Shown here piece after piece: positions 1-12,300 of a DNA stretch of 64,000 bases (its first letter is position 1; each line of letters begins with the position of its first letter). The DNA lies in assembly GCA_964035545.1 (NCBI GenBank), contig OZ037767.1, forward strand, positions 27,606,628 to 27,670,627. The letters are read 5' to 3'. Under the pieces are notes generated by a model. The model had not been told where the DNA came from. It saw only the letters and a program-made list of their open reading frames with translations, and ran no database searches. The translations under genes were made by a program, and so were the position numbers. Source of the DNA: Bugula neritina (Eukaryota; Animalia; Bryozoa).

Positions 1-430
1 CATTCTCTCCTGTTATATACTATAACAAAGGTAATACACTATTTATTACTTAGATATATTATAACAGATGTAAAATACTATTTAGTACTGTTATTATGTT
101 ATATACTATAACAAAGGTAATATACTATTCATTACTTTTTTATGCTGATTTAATTACAACTGTCTATTTTCAAATGGAATGCCCAGTTTATGATGTCACT
201 AATTTGTTTTACTGGTTTTATCCATGTATTTTTTATGTGCAGTTGGCTAGATACAACACTATGATTATAAGAAAATAATTGAAATATTTTCAATGGTTGC
301 GGTCTGTGCACATTTGCTATGAGTTATTAGTGGATGGTTTAATGTAAAGTTATTTAATGCATTACTACAGTTAGATATATTTATTGTTGTCAAGTTAATG
401 TTGTTGGGAGTTGTCTGTTCCTTGTGATAG

Positions 431-3132
431 GTGAAGATCTGCTCATTAACCTGAAAGTACCGCTGAACTGTTTAGCCTTAGCACACAGAGATACTACGCT
501 ACAAGAACTAGTCCCAATACTATACCGGTCTCTGGTTAGGCAGCTGCACTCAGCGTGTCATATCCTCAGTAACTGCACTGTAAGTACTCCAAATAATGTA
601 GGTACTTCAAGTAGTGTAAGTACTCCAAGTAGTGTAAGTACTCCAAGTAGTGTAAGTACTCCAAGTAGTGTAAGTACTCCAAGTAGTGCAAGTACTCTAA
701 GTAGTGTAAGTACTCTAAGTAGTGTAAGTACTCTAAGTAATGTAAGTTTTTGGAACACCATAAGTATTCTAAACACTGTATGTACCATTCATAATATTTA
801 GTGTCAAACTTTCAAATTACAATACTCCTGCTTCACTGAAAGGCTTTTTATATAATATTGCTGGCATAAAATTACATGTTGATGCATTTTCAATATTATT
901 TTACCTGTTTCTGTTTTCTGGCACTTATTTAGTAGGTAACTTATGTTTATAATATAAATATGATATTGTAGTATAAGTTAGAGTTATATAATAAGCTGAT
1001 ATAATGTTTTGTAATATTACACTCATACACGTTGTTGGGATACACTCTAGGGAACAGATATCCCTGTATTGTCAGTGTGTCATTACTGGATAGATGGTGC
1101 ATACTACCCTATATCTGTTGTCCAATCAACATCCAAAGACACTGACTTGGGTAGGCAGCTTATTTTCTACTTCCTGTTTCAATCTCTTGCTTGTGTCAGC
1201 ATAGTATTCTGTGTTTATTTATCACCAGGATAATGCGGCATTAGAAAATTGTATTATTTTAATTCATGTTAGTGGCGTGGAGAAAAAGTATGCACGTAAA
1301 GTTGATGTTACCACTGGACAGGCCGTACTTCAGAAATGCTAATGTATTCAAGTTTCCAAAGGAATCTTCATTACTCTCTCCTCAACTTATTAACCCTCAT
1401 GTTGGAATTCCTCTAACTCAGAAATTACAAGGTTTGTACCCTCCTATATGTTATTTATTAGTCTGGAGTTAAAAGCATATACTATGAATGGAAATGTTTT
1501 TATTGACTAGTTTGCTGTGTTTTAGCTGGTGAAGGCTCAGTTCGTCTAGTCTATGGTAAATACGCCTATCATCATTATATGCAAGACAGATTTGATGATG
1601 ATAAGTGGGGCTGTGCCTACCGTTCCCTTCAAACATTAATATCCTGGTTTAGATTACAAGGCTACACTGAAGCTGCTGTTCCTACTCACAGGTACCCATC
1701 ACTTGATCATAAGCTATAAATAGCGATGCTAGACTATAAATAGCAATATTGTGCTAGAAATTGCAGTGTTATACTATAAATAGCAAAATTCTACCATAAA
1801 TGGTAATCATGTGCTAGAAACATACATAGCATTATGCTATGAATAGCATACTGCACTATAAATACTAATATTGCAGAAAGAAGCTCAATTGAATTTTATT
1901 TTACTATAAATTCTAGGTTTAGAAGTTTTCTCGATTTAAAAATAATTTCTTTGTAAGTATTACATAATTTAAAAAAAAAAGGTTTATTCCAATGGCACAC
2001 CTGGTAAACTCTAATATACATGTGTTTTAATGAGGAATCGATATTAATATTATTGCATCATGGAGATGCAAGGGGCATCTTTGTTTAGAAAATTGACATC
2101 AGCAGTCTGATCTAATCTTCCTAAGTTAGTACTAATTCACTTTTGCTGCCATTTACCAGAGAGATACAGCAAGTACTAGTTGATATTGGAGATAAAGAGA
2201 GCTCATTTGTTGGATCCAAGCAGTGGATTGGCTCTACAGAAGTCAGCTTTGTCTTGGAGAAACTTCTGAATGTAAGGTTTTTTATTTAGCTGTCACTATA
2301 AATAACTGAAACTTTTGGCAGCTTTACTTCAGGATTTGATTTAATACACTATTTAGAGACTATGTGGAACTTTGGGATAGTTATTCCTTCCAAATTATGT
2401 GGATTTTGCTCTCCTATAGTAGTCATCTGTGATTAAAGTTTAATCAAATGACATGGTCGTTTTTCCGCTAGTTTTTCCCATTATCAATAGTCTTCTGTAC
2501 TCTTTTGCAGGTGACATCTAAGATAATGTTTGTCAGCTCTGGAGCAGATCTTGCCAGTAAAGGACGTGAGCTGGTGTATCATTTCAGCACTGAGGGAACT
2601 CCAATAATGATTGGTAAGTATGTGGGTTATGTTTAATCTGTAATGCAATGAGTTATGAGTTGTTAAATAGTATATTTGAGGAGTTTATGGAGCACATAAT
2701 TATTTCAGCCACTAATCTTTTTCATTAATTTGATGATTTTCAGGAGGAGGCGTGTTGGCTCATACAATTCTGGGTGTTTATTATAACGACCAAACCGGAG
2801 ACATCAAGTTCCTCATACTAGATCCACATCTGACTAGACTGGATGAAAATCTTAAATACATTCAAGACAAGGTAAGCTAGCTAAATAATTAGCCGGTATT
2901 GGGTTATACAACTTTGTTGATGGTTATGTTTTTGTGAGGGAAGTACAGAATGAAAGAGTATCACAAATACTTCAACATGTAGCTTATAGCAGACCTATTT
3001 GAGAGAGAAGTATAGTGATTAATGAATTTTGTGGTTTTATTTTAGGGTTGGTGCGGCTGGAAGAATGCAGACTTTTGGAATGCCAATGCCTACTACAATA
3101 TGTGTATGCCTCAAAGACCCAAGGATTTCTGA
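431..3132 (+). CDS. UFSP2: Ufm1-specific protease 2 (5' part lies upstream of the window)
   Basis: Phase-consistent exons 431-579, 1051-1150, 1273-1431, 1526-1691, 2160-2271, 2511-2613, 2744-2871, 3046-3132. The translation contains [17 protein letters not shown] (catalytic Cys), [28 protein letters not shown] (Asp/His) and [18 protein letters not shown], all peptidase C78 motifs. Confidence 0.95.
580..783 (+). repeat. 18-bp tandem repeat (GTAAGTACTCCAAGTAGT, about 11 units) starting at a UFSP2 splice donor
   Basis: Units start at 580, 598, 616, 634, 652, 670, 688, 706, 724, 742 and 760, followed by GTATGT at 778. Confidence 0.95.
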
Positions 3133-3832
3133 GCTATTTCAAGTATCTAACTTTCTATCTTACAGTGCTTCACACTAAAGCATACTTTGAGATCTCAAAA
3201 TTTGTACTGATGATGAAAATTTCATAATTTAATGTATATTTATTGCTATTCTACTCACTTGTATTGGGGTATGCCTTGGTGAAATGCTGGGTTTTTCATT
3301 TTGCTCAGAAAGCTGTTATAGTTGTTGCAATATTCTATTTTTATTTCAGTAATATTTTAATATTATGAAGACTTGGGGTCTTAGTCCCACTTACTCAAAT
3401 ACACTTTACATTGATCTGAGTACCCCGGTTTCAACTCTTAGACTTTTAGACAAATCCGGCTCATAAACTGAAATATCTCACCAAATTAGATCATTTTCAA
3501 TTACAGTGTTGCGATTTTTCAATGCTACCAAATGCACTGTTTTGGAATGTCATATTCTTAGAATAGCATAATAATATACAAGTTTATAAAAACAGTTGAA
3601 GATGAAATATTGCCAGAAGATTTTCTCTGTAAACTACAATGGTACATACTGGTGGCTTTATGTTTTACATATTATTAAGGCAATGACTGGTTACTAGTGT
3701 GAAAGGCTAAAATGTACAGCATAAGTTGAAATTCTACTTTTTATTAAAGTTATTTAGCAGCAGCTTTGCTACATTGTAAAGAGTGGTTAGGTATAAAAAA
3801 TAGAAACACGATGCAGTTTGTGTACACATCTC

Positions 3833-5128
3833 TTAGGTCTTTAGAGATACTTTTCGGTGAGGTCTGATCTGGGAATGACTGGATTTATGGCTACGTATAC
3901 TATGAGTGGATCCTTGTTGCACTTTACCTTGCAATCTCGGGTCAGCCAAACCAGAGTTTCTTCCTAAAGCGAATAGAAACAGTATGCCAATAAGGTTTCT
4001 CAGACTGAAGATGAAATACTAAATACTAATACTAGTTATGGAGTAGCTTACTTGTGCCGGGTTTGATGTCTCGGCTGATTGGTGGACCTTGAGACCGTAG
4101 AGAACTCCTTCGATGTGACTTCATTTGAGAGTAGCTAGATCTTTGACTTCGCAGACTTCTATGTGATTCATGACTCAGCAGTTGTCTTAAGGACCCCAGC
4201 TGACGTCTTTCTTTTTCTAGTCGCCAGATACAGTAGTTATAATAACTAATGTGCGTCAGTAATAATAACTCTCAGAAGGTAGCAAAATATAACAAGAGAA
4301 AAGTATTTGTGAAAATAAAACCAATAATTACTTTCGTTGGCCTTCTTGTCTCTGATAGCCCATATTAAAGCTGTTGTGGTAATGATGACTATAACACCAA
4401 CAATACAGCCAGATACTATGATGACTGTGCCTGAAACAAAACATCGTTCAACTCAATAATCACTTGACTTGGAATTCCTGGAGTAGCAATTGCTAGAGTC
4501 GGCACACTATAAATATGCTTTATGTTCCGTCATTGCGAATGTGTTGGCCATGGTGCTCTGTTCAGCGCTGAACTTCTTGAAAAAAGTTCAGCACTGAACT
4601 TTGAATAAATGAAATCTTTTTGAAATTATCCATGTCACTCTGGTTTCTTGTTAAACTTGCGTAGTTGTACATGTATGTCAGTACAATTGCTTAGATCTAA
4701 ATTAGTTTATTTGAATTACAAAATACAGTTTTTATATGCTAACAAATGTCAAATATTTCAATTATTTCGCAAAACCAACAGTCCGACCTTACCATGTATA
4801 TGCGATAAAATGTGATTTTGCTCTGCATATATTGCTTATAAACTTTAGAAAACAAATTACCTTAGCCAATTAGTCGACATAAACCATAAAAACGAAGTTG
4901 TCTGCTCACTGCTCCAAGGCTGTCTAGTTTGTAAATCCATCAACTTTTATGATATTATGATCCCAGTATTGTAACATTTACACTGGGTGTTTATATACAT
5001 TTTTGTTTAACTATCATATATTTATAAATTATGGTTTTACACTTTATAAATATTAATGACTTACTGACATATTTAACTTTTCTCTCTTCGTCTACAGTAG
5101 TCAAGTTGGCTGTCACATTTAAAAACAT
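3833..5128 (-). CDS. Uncharacterised 152-aa single-pass membrane protein with basic Ser/Arg/His-rich tail
   Basis: Exons 5128-5065, 4430-4332, 4216-4052, 3963-3833; all junctions are GT-AG and phase 1, total 459 nt. Protein: MFLNVTANLTTVDEERKVKYVSTVIIVSGCIVGVIVIITTTALIWAIRDKKANEKKERRQLGSLRQLLSHESHRSLRSQRSS...RPHRKVSLKT*. Confidence 0.8.
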
Positions 5129-5880
5129 ATTAATCCTATTTGATGGATTTTATTATAAAAAGTCTTTGTAATAATATTTGTCTCTACTGTTAAAAGCAGA
5201 CTAAAATGAAATCCAACATATTTATAATACTTGGCTGAAATTCCACATATTGTTGACAGTATGTTTCATTTACTTGATATTTCATAATTATTATAGTCTA
5301 CATATAACTTCATATTGTATATAACAATAAAACATTTATTTCCAAGGTCCATGAGTTACACATTTCCCCCCTGAGGAGAACATGTGTTTATTCTTACATT
5401 TACATTTAGGCACAAAAAGCTGCAAGCAAGTTTTTACTGAAATAGCATATTTTATTATTTACCCCCTACATGTTTTTATAGTGCTATTCATCAAGTAAGA
5501 TCAGCTTGCATCAGTTTTGAGTAGAGCATATTTCATTTATTTTTTATGATGAGAAAATGAATGCTGTTCCACATAAATCTTAATCAAAATTCATCATATG
5601 TATAAATATAGATTTCAACAGTCACAGAAACAAATATATTATAATAAAATAAAAAGTAAATGGTATAATAAACAGATAAAATCTGAACAAAATGCTAAAA
5701 AAATAGTTTCTATAATATATAAAAATATATAATAATGTAGTTGCACAATACAACATTATTTTTATTAAAGTGGTTACTACTAATTAATTTATGATTGTCA
5801 GTACTTCCATTTAAAATTTTTGCACAATACAATTAGACATTTCAAGTTATAGTCCAACTGTCTGAGAAATTTACAACGAT

Positions 5881-7516
5881 TTAACTTTGAGTTTCAAGAA
5901 TGATTCTCTCACGAACTTGGGTCAGAGCTTCTCCCAGGTAGTTGGTTCCTCGCCAAGTTGATCTGTCGAGTGCTAACGGATTGGTTTCGGCTAAACCAAT
6001 GCCCCAAATCTTATCACTAGGACTTGCTTCAGCAAGTGTTGTACCCTTTGTATTCATCAGATGACAAAGGAGATGCTCATTTTGTGTAAACTGTAATCAT
6101 TGACAACTAAAGTCTGATGCATCATTATAAGCTTGTACAAAAATATCCTTCAACTATATTTAATTATTGCACATATTAGTTGAAAAGTGATTGTATATAA
6201 ATATTATACTAAAAACTAATTGATTACATTTACTAGATAAACTTAACAATTACAAAAAGTTACACAGACCAATACATTTTATTGCAAAAAACTAGCTATA
6301 GATACACAAATAGCCTATAAAGAGTTATTATATAGTGATACAATTTTTTTACATTATATCAATTGATACTATATTTCTAGCTTTATGGCATACAAAAATA
6401 GACAGTCAGATGGCCAGATATTTTGAAAAGCTAGAAAAAAAATTCCATTTTTGATTTTAAAAGTTGAAAATAAATTAAAACAAACCTTCAAATAGTTGCC
6501 ATCTGCTACAATCCTTCTGCAGTTAGCCTTCCATACGGCATCATCGAAGTTTTGAACCTTCCTTCCCAAAGATTTCTGAGTTCGTGGACTACCAGCAGCC
6601 AAAATCTTTTTCCCAGTTTCAGAATCACCAAAAAGAACTGAAAAGCAAATTATAATAACTAATACCTGAAACATAAAATCAATATAACTGCTCATTTTCC
6701 AAACAAATATGGCTGTAAATAATGAAATTCAAAATAGTTATTTTGATACCTGCTTTTTGATGCATCATGTACTGCTCAGCACAGTTATACTCTACTCCAT
6801 CAGCTGAAAATGTGCATGGATGCCACTGACTAAATGGTGAATGAGATTTGTAGAAAAATGTAAATTGTTCTTTGCCGGCCTAAAACATGTTTAAAACAAA
6901 AGAAAACAATTAATTGCTAATGTTGAAAAGCTAGAATAAAACAGTCAAACTATTTAAAGGCTAATTATTATAACAATTTTTTGTACTAGTAAGTTTTAAA
7001 AACTGTTGCTTTTGTTCCAAAAAATGCATCGAAATTGCTGGAAGTGATTACATCAACTTTCATAAAGACTAGTTCTGCACACTGTTACCAATATCTTTAA
7101 CAGTCATAGTTGGATAATTACAAAATAAAACTCCCAACTTCTACCCAACAGAACAGAACACTCTGAAGTTTTACTATCCGCAACCATCAAGCAAATTGAA
7201 ATTAGAAATTTGAGCCCTTTCTCTTTTATTCCAAATTATGGTAGAAGATAATGGAATCAGAAAAAATTAAGACTATGAGTATAACAGCAACACGAATCAT
7301 AATTATAATAGACATGAGCAAATTTATAAGTGAAAAAAATTATAAAAATAATTATAAGTAGTTTTACAGCCATTTCTAAAAAAGCATCAGCATGTGCTTA
7401 ATAAAATAAGTTAACTAGATTTTGCACAACACCCACAACCATAATAATTTACCGAAATAGCTAAATAACAAAGTACTTATATTCTACTTCTAGTAAATAG
7501 TTCTAGTACTTACCAT
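5881..7516 (-). CDS. NADAR (YbiA-like) family N-glycosidase / ADP-ribose hydrolase, 164 aa
   Basis: Exons 7516-7514 (ATG only), 6879-6750, 6637-6486, 6090-5881. Family motifs FSQW, YNCAEQYMMHQKAVLFGD, KSLGRKVQNFD..W, KFTQN, LAEASPSDKIWGIG, WRGTNYLGEALTQVRE. Confidence 0.92.
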
Positions 7517-7649
7517 TTCGTGTTATAGGATTCAGCTTTCAAGAACTAAGTAAGTAGCAAATAATAAATTTAATATAAATATTATTATTAATATTATAGT
7601 CGACCTGCTAAACCAATTATTATTAATAATTGTCTTTTACTATTAGCAT

Positions 7650-7930
7650 TGTATACCAGTATGAGTATAGCTAATTCTATCACTTGATGGCTACACTAGC
7701 AGGCACCAACACTAACTCTAAGAGTTACTGTAAGACTAAGAGTAAGAGTAAGAGCTATTAGCCTATTACTATTACTATTAGTATTATATCTCCAACACTG
7801 AATATCAGTATCAGTATGAGTATTCAAATATGAAATAATGATTCTGGTCAGTTCATCATTAGCATGCTTAGCATTCAAACTATTGCGTGAGATGGTGCTA
7901 TACTGATGCTGATACCCATTGGCATTAGAT
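7650..7930. repeat. Degenerate hexamer-periodic tract in the NADAR/TEDC1 divergent interval (second patch about 8810-8970)
   Basis: Runs such as actaactctaagagttactgtaagactaagagtaagagtaag and atcagtatcagtatgagt; the tract produces a spurious LTLTLSLTVTL ORF. Confidence 0.7.
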
Positions 7931-9330
7931 TAGTCCATTGAACTATAGCCTATAGGGAAGTTTTAGTTCATTGCATTACTCATTTTCATTTTGATTATTA
8001 TTATATTATTTATTGCTCCACTATCACGCAATAACTGAAAAAGTGTTGTTGTTATAAAAGCTATGGAAATCTTTTAGCCTTAGGCTTACAATATGCGGAT
8101 TTTATGGGCAGCTTTTACATCCTCAAACAGTTGCTAAAGTTAAAATTTAGATAAAAATAGAAACTTCACAAACTCTTTTAGTGTAAATTATAAAATAGTA
8201 ATGACACAGATATTTTTTTAAACTATCTAGCATATAGATACACTATTTTCATTAACAATTAACAATTAGGCTATATTTCTCTATTTTTAAACAACAGAAT
8301 TACAAATATCAAGTCTATGGAACGAGCGCTATAGACAGAGAAAATGTTTATGATTGGTTTACTAATACATTCTTAGCAAATTAAAAAGCGGTTTTGATTG
8401 TGCGTATAAACGCTGGCTCCAGCTTTGTCCCTTCTTAAATTAATCGATTTTAAAGCGACAGTAGATGTTCATTTTCACAATCATTTTGACTTCGTTTTGC
8501 TCTTACATTTTTTGCTAGTAACATGAACTTAAAATCAAAATGAAAATGATGTGCTATGACATAAATTTGTAATATTTATAAATATTGGTTTAAATTTTAA
8601 TAAATCTTTTACCAAGTAAAATGTTGGAAAGTTTTGCAATAGTTTAATCATAAATTTGAGAAAAAGCCTCAACTTCCAAGTGATTTATCAATATCTGGGT
8701 AAAAAGTAAAATCCATTAAGTTTAATCAATTAAATTTAATTATTAACAAATGATTATATTAATATGCTAAATATTAGCTTACTTTGGGATGCTTTTTATA
8801 GTTCTAGCCCTAGTAAACTATTAGTATTAGTATTACATTTACTATTAGTATTGGACTTGGTAATTACTAATTAACAGAAAGCCAGAAAGTTTGGCTTAGT
8901 AATTTATTAATAGTCTTACAACAACTACTACTAGTATTATTACTACTAGTACTACTATCATTGTCATAGTTTCCAAACTAGAACTTACTGTAATTTTATC
9001 ATATTTTATAAAAATAGTTTTTATTTTGATTTCTAGTAATGCTTCATACAATTAGTGATGCACATCAACTTCAAGTAGTTTTTGAAAGAGATGGATTTTG
9101 TGGTCTTTGTGTAGTTTTTCTAATATTAAAGTTGTTCTCGATTTTGAAAATTGTTGTTTATGCACCGGTTGTTAACTTATTTCATTTATTTGAGAAAGAT
9201 TATTAGCTCTATGTTCATGGATTACAGTAGGCTAGTCAATTTTTGATGGCAAACAAATATTAGTGTCTATCAGTATCAGTGTTCATCATTGTTGATATTT
9301 TTACTGTCCACGCATTATATTATAGGTAAT

Positions 9331-12300
9331 ATGACTCAGATAAAAGAAACCATTGAGTTACTCACTAAGATTCTTCGACATAATGGAACTTCAAAAATTA
9401 AGCCCGAGGCTTTCAGACAAGCAAAGTTTGACAAAAATGAGGCAGTGAGTTATGACGAATTAGATAAGCAGTTTTTATCTGCAACCTAATATAGCTCATT
9501 TGATTTACTACTCTTTAATATTAAATCAATTTTATTTGGTTATTTAATTGAATTTTCTTCAAATGTAAGCATAGTATATTATTTATGGTTGCACGCTTAC
9601 ATTTTAGGTTCTTTGTTTTAGGCATGCCCAATGTGGAAACTGTTATTTGAAGTTATATATTATTTGAAGCATCGGAAAATTGATGACATTGCTATTAAAG
9701 CATATTCTGAGTTGAGCTCAGGTATCCCTTCCTTTACTTATATTTCACCATTTGGCTAGTGCAGAAAATTGTTAGCTGCATTTATATGCTACAATAAATT
9801 TGTGTTGAATTATTTCTTATGAAAACTGAGAGTTTGATATGTGCAAGTAATAACTTTCTTATAGACTTCAATTTTGTCTTTTTTAAATTTTCTTCTACCC
9901 CTCAAAAATATATGTGTAATTTTTTTTATCTTTCGAGTTTTCCAGTCTGTTAGTCATACTATAGTTTAACTGTTTATAGAGTTGCATATTTTTGCCTCTT
10001 TGTATTCCTACTACAACTATCTCAGATGATCATGCTTCTTTTCTTATGTTAGATGAACTGTGTGTTTATGTGAAAACGGAAATGAAGATGAGGGGATTTG
10101 TTTCACGGAGTTTTCACGAATTGCCCAATGACATGTCTCATGGTAGTCGTGAACTTCTTCTGGCGTTTGGCTGGCTTATGTGTAGATCAGGTTTAATAGA
10201 GCTGTTCATGGAGCAATGCTGTACATTCCTAGATGGCATGGAAGTAGTTGGTGATTTAGATAAGCTGTCTTTACCGGTTAGCAAGATTTTCTATTATATT
10301 CTACATTTTCAACTAGAAACCCATAAACTAAGATTTATTGTTTATGGTTTATCGCAAGTATTTTGTGTATATACATGTTTATGGTAAACAAGTAAATGAG
10401 AAACTGTGGAAGGCTATAGTAACCTAATAATTGATCTATTGTATTTTATTTACATATTAATAGCAAATTCTTGTGACACTATTTTCTTTACATAGTAATT
10501 CAGTGTAAACATTAAATTTTGATATTTGTTGGCTGCAGAGAAAGACGATCGGGCAACATAGCGCTAATTTAGGGACAGGTTGTTCAGGTGAAGTGAGAGA
10601 TAAGATTTCCTACCTCATGTGGTTAAATGGTAAACTTCGGATGAGCTTGCGAAACGTTCATATTCTACAACAGCAGAAAACTAACCTCACAAATAAGGTA
10701 AGGGATGGAGCCTGACTTGTTTTCAGTTTTAATTTTAAATTTACATTTATCTTCTCTAATGCAGCGATGTCAAAGAAGGTATAATTGCAGCATCGTGCAA
10801 AGAGGTATACCAGTAAACATTACAAACAAAAAATGGTTCTAAAGCCACATTTGATAAGCTTAGATATTATAATATACTTTTTGTAGCTTTTGAAATGTGT
10901 GAAAATGTAAATTAACTGCAATCATTTATCAGCAAGTGTTTTCAATATTGTTTTTTAATTCAGAGTTGAACTATAGTTTAGCTGGAAACTGTATTTCTTG
11001 GCCTTTTCCTCTGTAATATGGTGCAAGCTCTACATTGCATATCTCCTACTTTCTGTGTGATACATTGCAACCTGATAAAGTGGACTAATTACCAGGTACA
11101 TGAAATGACAGAGGGTACAAGTGTTGAGCCATCCCAGCGAAACCATCTCACAGTTCTAGAGCTGATGATGCTGAGAAATCCTGAGCTACTGAAGAGAAAC
11201 CTAAGACTGCTAGAGTCGGATAATCAACGACTGGAGTGTATGATATGCTGGCAAACCCATGATGACTTGTTCTGGAAGTGGATGGTTGGTTTAGTTTGCA
11301 AGATGTTCGATGAGTTATAAATTTTGTTAGACTGGTTTCTATCCCTTTTAAAGTAACTGTTGTATCGTAGCAAAGTTTTGAAAAACTCCTAGTTGCTTTG
11401 TGTTTTTCAATTTTACTGCCTGGTGAAATTAGAAGTGCAGTTATTATGGTATCTTTTAAACTTTTATTTTACATGTAGAAAAGAGAATAAACTGTGACCG
11501 TGGTCTATTGTATAAAGCATGTTCTCACTTTTATGTGAAAGCCTTTAGTTGAGGGTTTCATTTTTGAGTAAAATTGTTTCTAATTGGAATATAAAAAATA
11601 TTCACTCAACATTAAGGGGCACCTTGGTTTTGTTGTAGGAAAGTGTTCTCGACGCAAAGATTGTAGATTCAGGCTATATTGAAGAGGTTGATGATAAGAT
11701 AACTCCAAGAACTCAGGCTACAAAGCTAAAACTAGACAGCAAGTTAGAGTTGGTAGAGACTGTGAAGAAATATGAAGCTATTGTCAGTGATATGGAATCC
11801 AGAGTCACCAGCCAGGTAGTGTTTTGTAAAAGTGTTTGGTTTATGAAGGTTTTTCTAGCCTTGTTAGAATATTAGTTATTGCAAGAATGTCACATGGTAG
11901 TGTTATTTGTTGCCAAGAGAAAGGAAGGAGCAACCTGCAAAATATATTTTCTGAAATTTGATGTTAGTTTTCTGTTCCACAAAACCATTTTAACACTTAC
12001 CTAGCTGATGAGACTTAAAGTGTGCTTAATAAAGCACAAGTGTTGTATTGCACAGCTATCTTTAATGAAATAGACCTTTAAATTGTTTTTAAATTTTGCA
12101 ACTGTTTTGAGCAGTCTTTTCAGTTCATATGTTGAAGTAGTCCCAATTCAAAATTATTTTGTTGATTCCTTCCTTTTTTAAGATGTTAAGTTTTTATATG
12201 CTTAGAAAGGCTCATTCTTAAAAAGATCAATTTGAGTTTTATTAAATATAAATAACATCTGTTTAAATTTTAGAATGACTTTGTAGTTCTTGTATTCAAA

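Noticed and set aside
10-140. Three loose ~43-bp AT-rich repeats and ORF 96-278
   Set aside because: Intronic low-complexity duplication; no splice-consistent coding role seen.
558-788. Minus-strand ORF with LLGVLT repeats
   Set aside because: It is the antisense reading of the 18-bp donor repeat and has no independent coding evidence.
4555-4602. Double dyad GTTCAGC[G/A]CTGAAC
   Set aside because: Short intronic palindromic duplication with no further support.
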